Origin: an uncultured Gammaproteobacteria bacterium
GTDB taxonomy: Bacteria; Pseudomonadota; Gammaproteobacteria; DRLM01
NCBI GenBank assembly: GCA_963729605.1
Contig: CAVSNY010000004.1
Location: 1 to 64,000, forward strand
Direction of reading: 5' to 3'
DNA: 64,000 nt
A program made the position numbers and the translations under genes. The notes beneath the pieces are model-generated. The model ran no database searches and was not told where the DNA came from. It saw nothing but the letters and a program-made list of their open reading frames with translations. Shown in pieces: positions 62,294 through 64,000 of the stretch (within the stretch, counting starts at the first letter, position 1; every line of letters begins with the position of its first letter).

Positions 62294-62683
62294 ATGTCGC
62301 CCAAAAAGACTCCGAGCGGCGCCGACCGGTTGAACACCATCGTGGCCGATGCCCAGCGCAATCGGGAGCAGCGGGAGCGGGACTACCGGGAGCAGGCGCT
62401 CAAACTTTATCCGTGGATATGCGGGCGCTGCAGCCGGGAATTCTCCCGGGACAATCTGCGCGAACTGACGGTCCATCACAAAGACCACAATCACGACCAT
62501 AATCCCCCCGACGGCAGCAACTGGGAACTGCTGTGTGTTTATTGCCACGACAATGAACACGCGCGCTTGACCGAGGCCGCCCGTCAGGGCGGCGGGCCGA
62601 CGGCGCCGGCGGGGCGCGACGGACCGCGCGCCACCCATAATCCCTTCGCCGGGCTCAAGGATATGTTGAAGGATAAAAAATAG
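62294..62683 (+). CDS. yajD: YajD family HNH nuclease
   Basis: YPWICGRCSREF, VHHKDHNHDHNPPDGSNWELLCVYCHDNEH. Confidence 0.93.
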   Translation: MSPKKTPSGADRLNTIVADAQRNREQRERDYREQALKLYPWICGRCSREFSRDNLRELTVHHKDHNHDHNPPDGSNWELLCVYCHDNEHARLTEAARQGGGPTAPAGRDGPRATHNPFAGLKDMLKDKK

Positions 62684-62809
62684 CGGTGCGGTTTGCGGTG
62701 CCGGATGCGGAAACTTATTCGAAACCCCGCGGCTTGTTGCGAGGGTTTTGGCGATGGGGTTTCAAAGGCGATCCAATTTGACTTGGGGCCGCCTTCAGCC
62801 TGGCGACGG

Positions 62810-63079
62810 ATGACGGACATGACAGCCTGGTACGTTTATATGGTGCGTTGCGCCGATGACAGCCTCTACACCGGGGTCGCGACCGATATCGCGGCCCGCG
62901 TCGCCACGCACAACGCGGGCAAGGGCGCGAAATACACGCGGGGACGGCGGCCGGTGATCTTGATTTACCAAGAGCCGCAGCAAGACCGCGGCGCGGCGCT
63001 GCGGCGCGAACGTGCGATCAAACGGCTGCGGCCGGCGGCGAAATTGCGGCTCGTCGAATCGAGCGGCGAGGCGGGATGA
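62810..63079 (+). CDS. GIY-YIG nuclease (YhbQ-like)
   Basis: WYVYMVRCADDSLYTG, HNAGKGAKYTRGRRP. Confidence 0.92.
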   Translation: MTDMTAWYVYMVRCADDSLYTGVATDIAARVATHNAGKGAKYTRGRRPVILIYQEPQQDRGAALRRERAIKRLRPAAKLRLVESSGEAG

Positions 63080-63104
63080 TGCCGCCGGCCGCGGTGCAAC
63101 GCCG

Positions 63105-63701
63105 ATGACGCGGCATGAATTTCCTCCCGGCCCGGATCAGCACATCAGTGAGGCATTCTTCGCCGCGGTGGCGCGCGAGTTGGAACGCCATCCCGCCGGG
63201 GTGAGGGAATACGACTTGCTGACGGCCTTGCGCGCGGAGGGTTATTTTTCCTTCATGGGTCCCTCGCCGGTGCCGCCCCATGACTTGTTTTGCGCGCATT
63301 TTCTCTTGTTTCACGCCTTGTATCGCCTGGATGAGCGCGCCCCTCGCGGGCAAGAGGCGCGGCTCGAGATCGGTCCGCTCGAGATCCGCTGGTTGCCCCA
63401 TGACGCCGCCGAAGGGACGCCGGTGCGGCCGGACCCTTTGCGTGCGTATTATCTCGATCTCGCCAATCTGCGGACGACCACGGCACGCGACGTGGATGAA
63501 CTGCTGGACTCGTTTTGGCTGCGCCTGCAAAACCGCGATCGGCGCGCCGAGGCGCTGGCGCGGCTGGGTTTGGCGGATCCGGTGGATGACGCCGCCATCA
63601 AACGGGCCTACCGGCGTTTGGCGATGGAACATCATCCCGACCGCGGGGGCGACACGGCAAACTTGCAGGCCATCAATGCCGCGCTGGCGGTGTTGCTGTA
63701 A
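63105..63701 (+). CDS. DnaJ-related protein with C-terminal J domain
   Basis: LFCAHFLLFHALYRL, DPLRAYYLD, HHPDRGG. Confidence 0.9.
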   Translation: MTRHEFPPGPDQHISEAFFAAVARELERHPAGVREYDLLTALRAEGYFSFMGPSPVPPHDLFCAHFLLFHALYRLDERAPRGQEARLEIGPLEIRWLPHDAAEGTPVRPDPLRAYYLDLANLRTTTARDVDELLDSFWLRLQNRDRRAEALARLGLADPVDDAAIKRAYRRLAMEHHPDRGGDTANLQAINAALAVLL

Positions 63702-63918
63702 TGTAAAAAACGCGGCCGGGGATGGGCCTTCTCGGTTCAGCGGATACCGGCCTCGCCGCCAGCGATTTTTCGCGGGATATTCGCCGAATGTGTGAATAAT
63801 ACCGTTTGCTTTCTCCGCTTATTCCTCCGTGTTATGGTGATGGCGCGTGGTGGTCCGAGACCGCCTATTGACGGTATAGGCAGCGGCCGTGTCCACCCCA
63901 TGGCAGAGGGGGTTTCGC

Positions 63919-64000
63919 TATGGCAAGGCAGGCTTGGATACATCTGTTCGGCTGGGTGGAGCGACAGCTGATGCGCCGCCGGGATGGCCGCGGTCCCCTT
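63919..64000 (+). CDS. Start of a gene running off the window
   Basis: GAGGGGG RBS then MARQAWIHLFGWVERQL. Confidence 0.35.

Noticed and set aside
62294-63701. HNH + GIY-YIG + J-domain cluster as a defence system
   Set aside because: All three are common stand-alone gammaproteobacterial genes with host-like composition and no mobility signs

Overview
The window is a concatenation of at least four unrelated DNA fragments, with junctions near 2835, 17330 and 25372. (1) 1-2835 is an alphaproteobacterial gyrA region. (2) About 2835-17330 looks acidobacterial (Vicinamibacterales-like, inferred): glnD-glnB, ftsB, cutA, dedA, cystathionine lyase/synthase, SpoIIE phosphatase, rnc, purA, lepB, xth, ferredoxin. 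(3) About 17330-25372 is very GC-rich and actinobacterial-like: ccmB/C/D-hemA-hemC-cobA/hemD, a UbiA-family gene, otsA. Fragments 1-3 carry many indels typical of unpolished long reads, so their coordinates are approximate. (4) 25372-64000 is a clean gammaproteobacterial contig, mostly housekeeping (lhr, rlmM, glgB, glgX, recQ, ABC-F, mrcB, yoaA, tsaB, cheX, cpdA, yaeQ, deaD, yajD). The best leads are in fragment 4. An integrase-less integron cassette array carries a Schlafen/AlbA nuclease cassette and a DUF1353 cassette with an in-frame TGA. A ~180-bp direct repeat duplicates a sigma54/PEP-CTERM-box promoter plus the rlmM start around a VPLPA-CTERM gene. Palindromic repeats are translated in frame inside Lhr. 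A ~150-bp multi-hairpin MITE occurs in 6 copies with covarying stems and YTAR target duplications, and other MITE shells wrap REP-like palindromes. No rRNA, tRNA or CRISPR array was seen. All family assignments come from motif recognition, not database searches.
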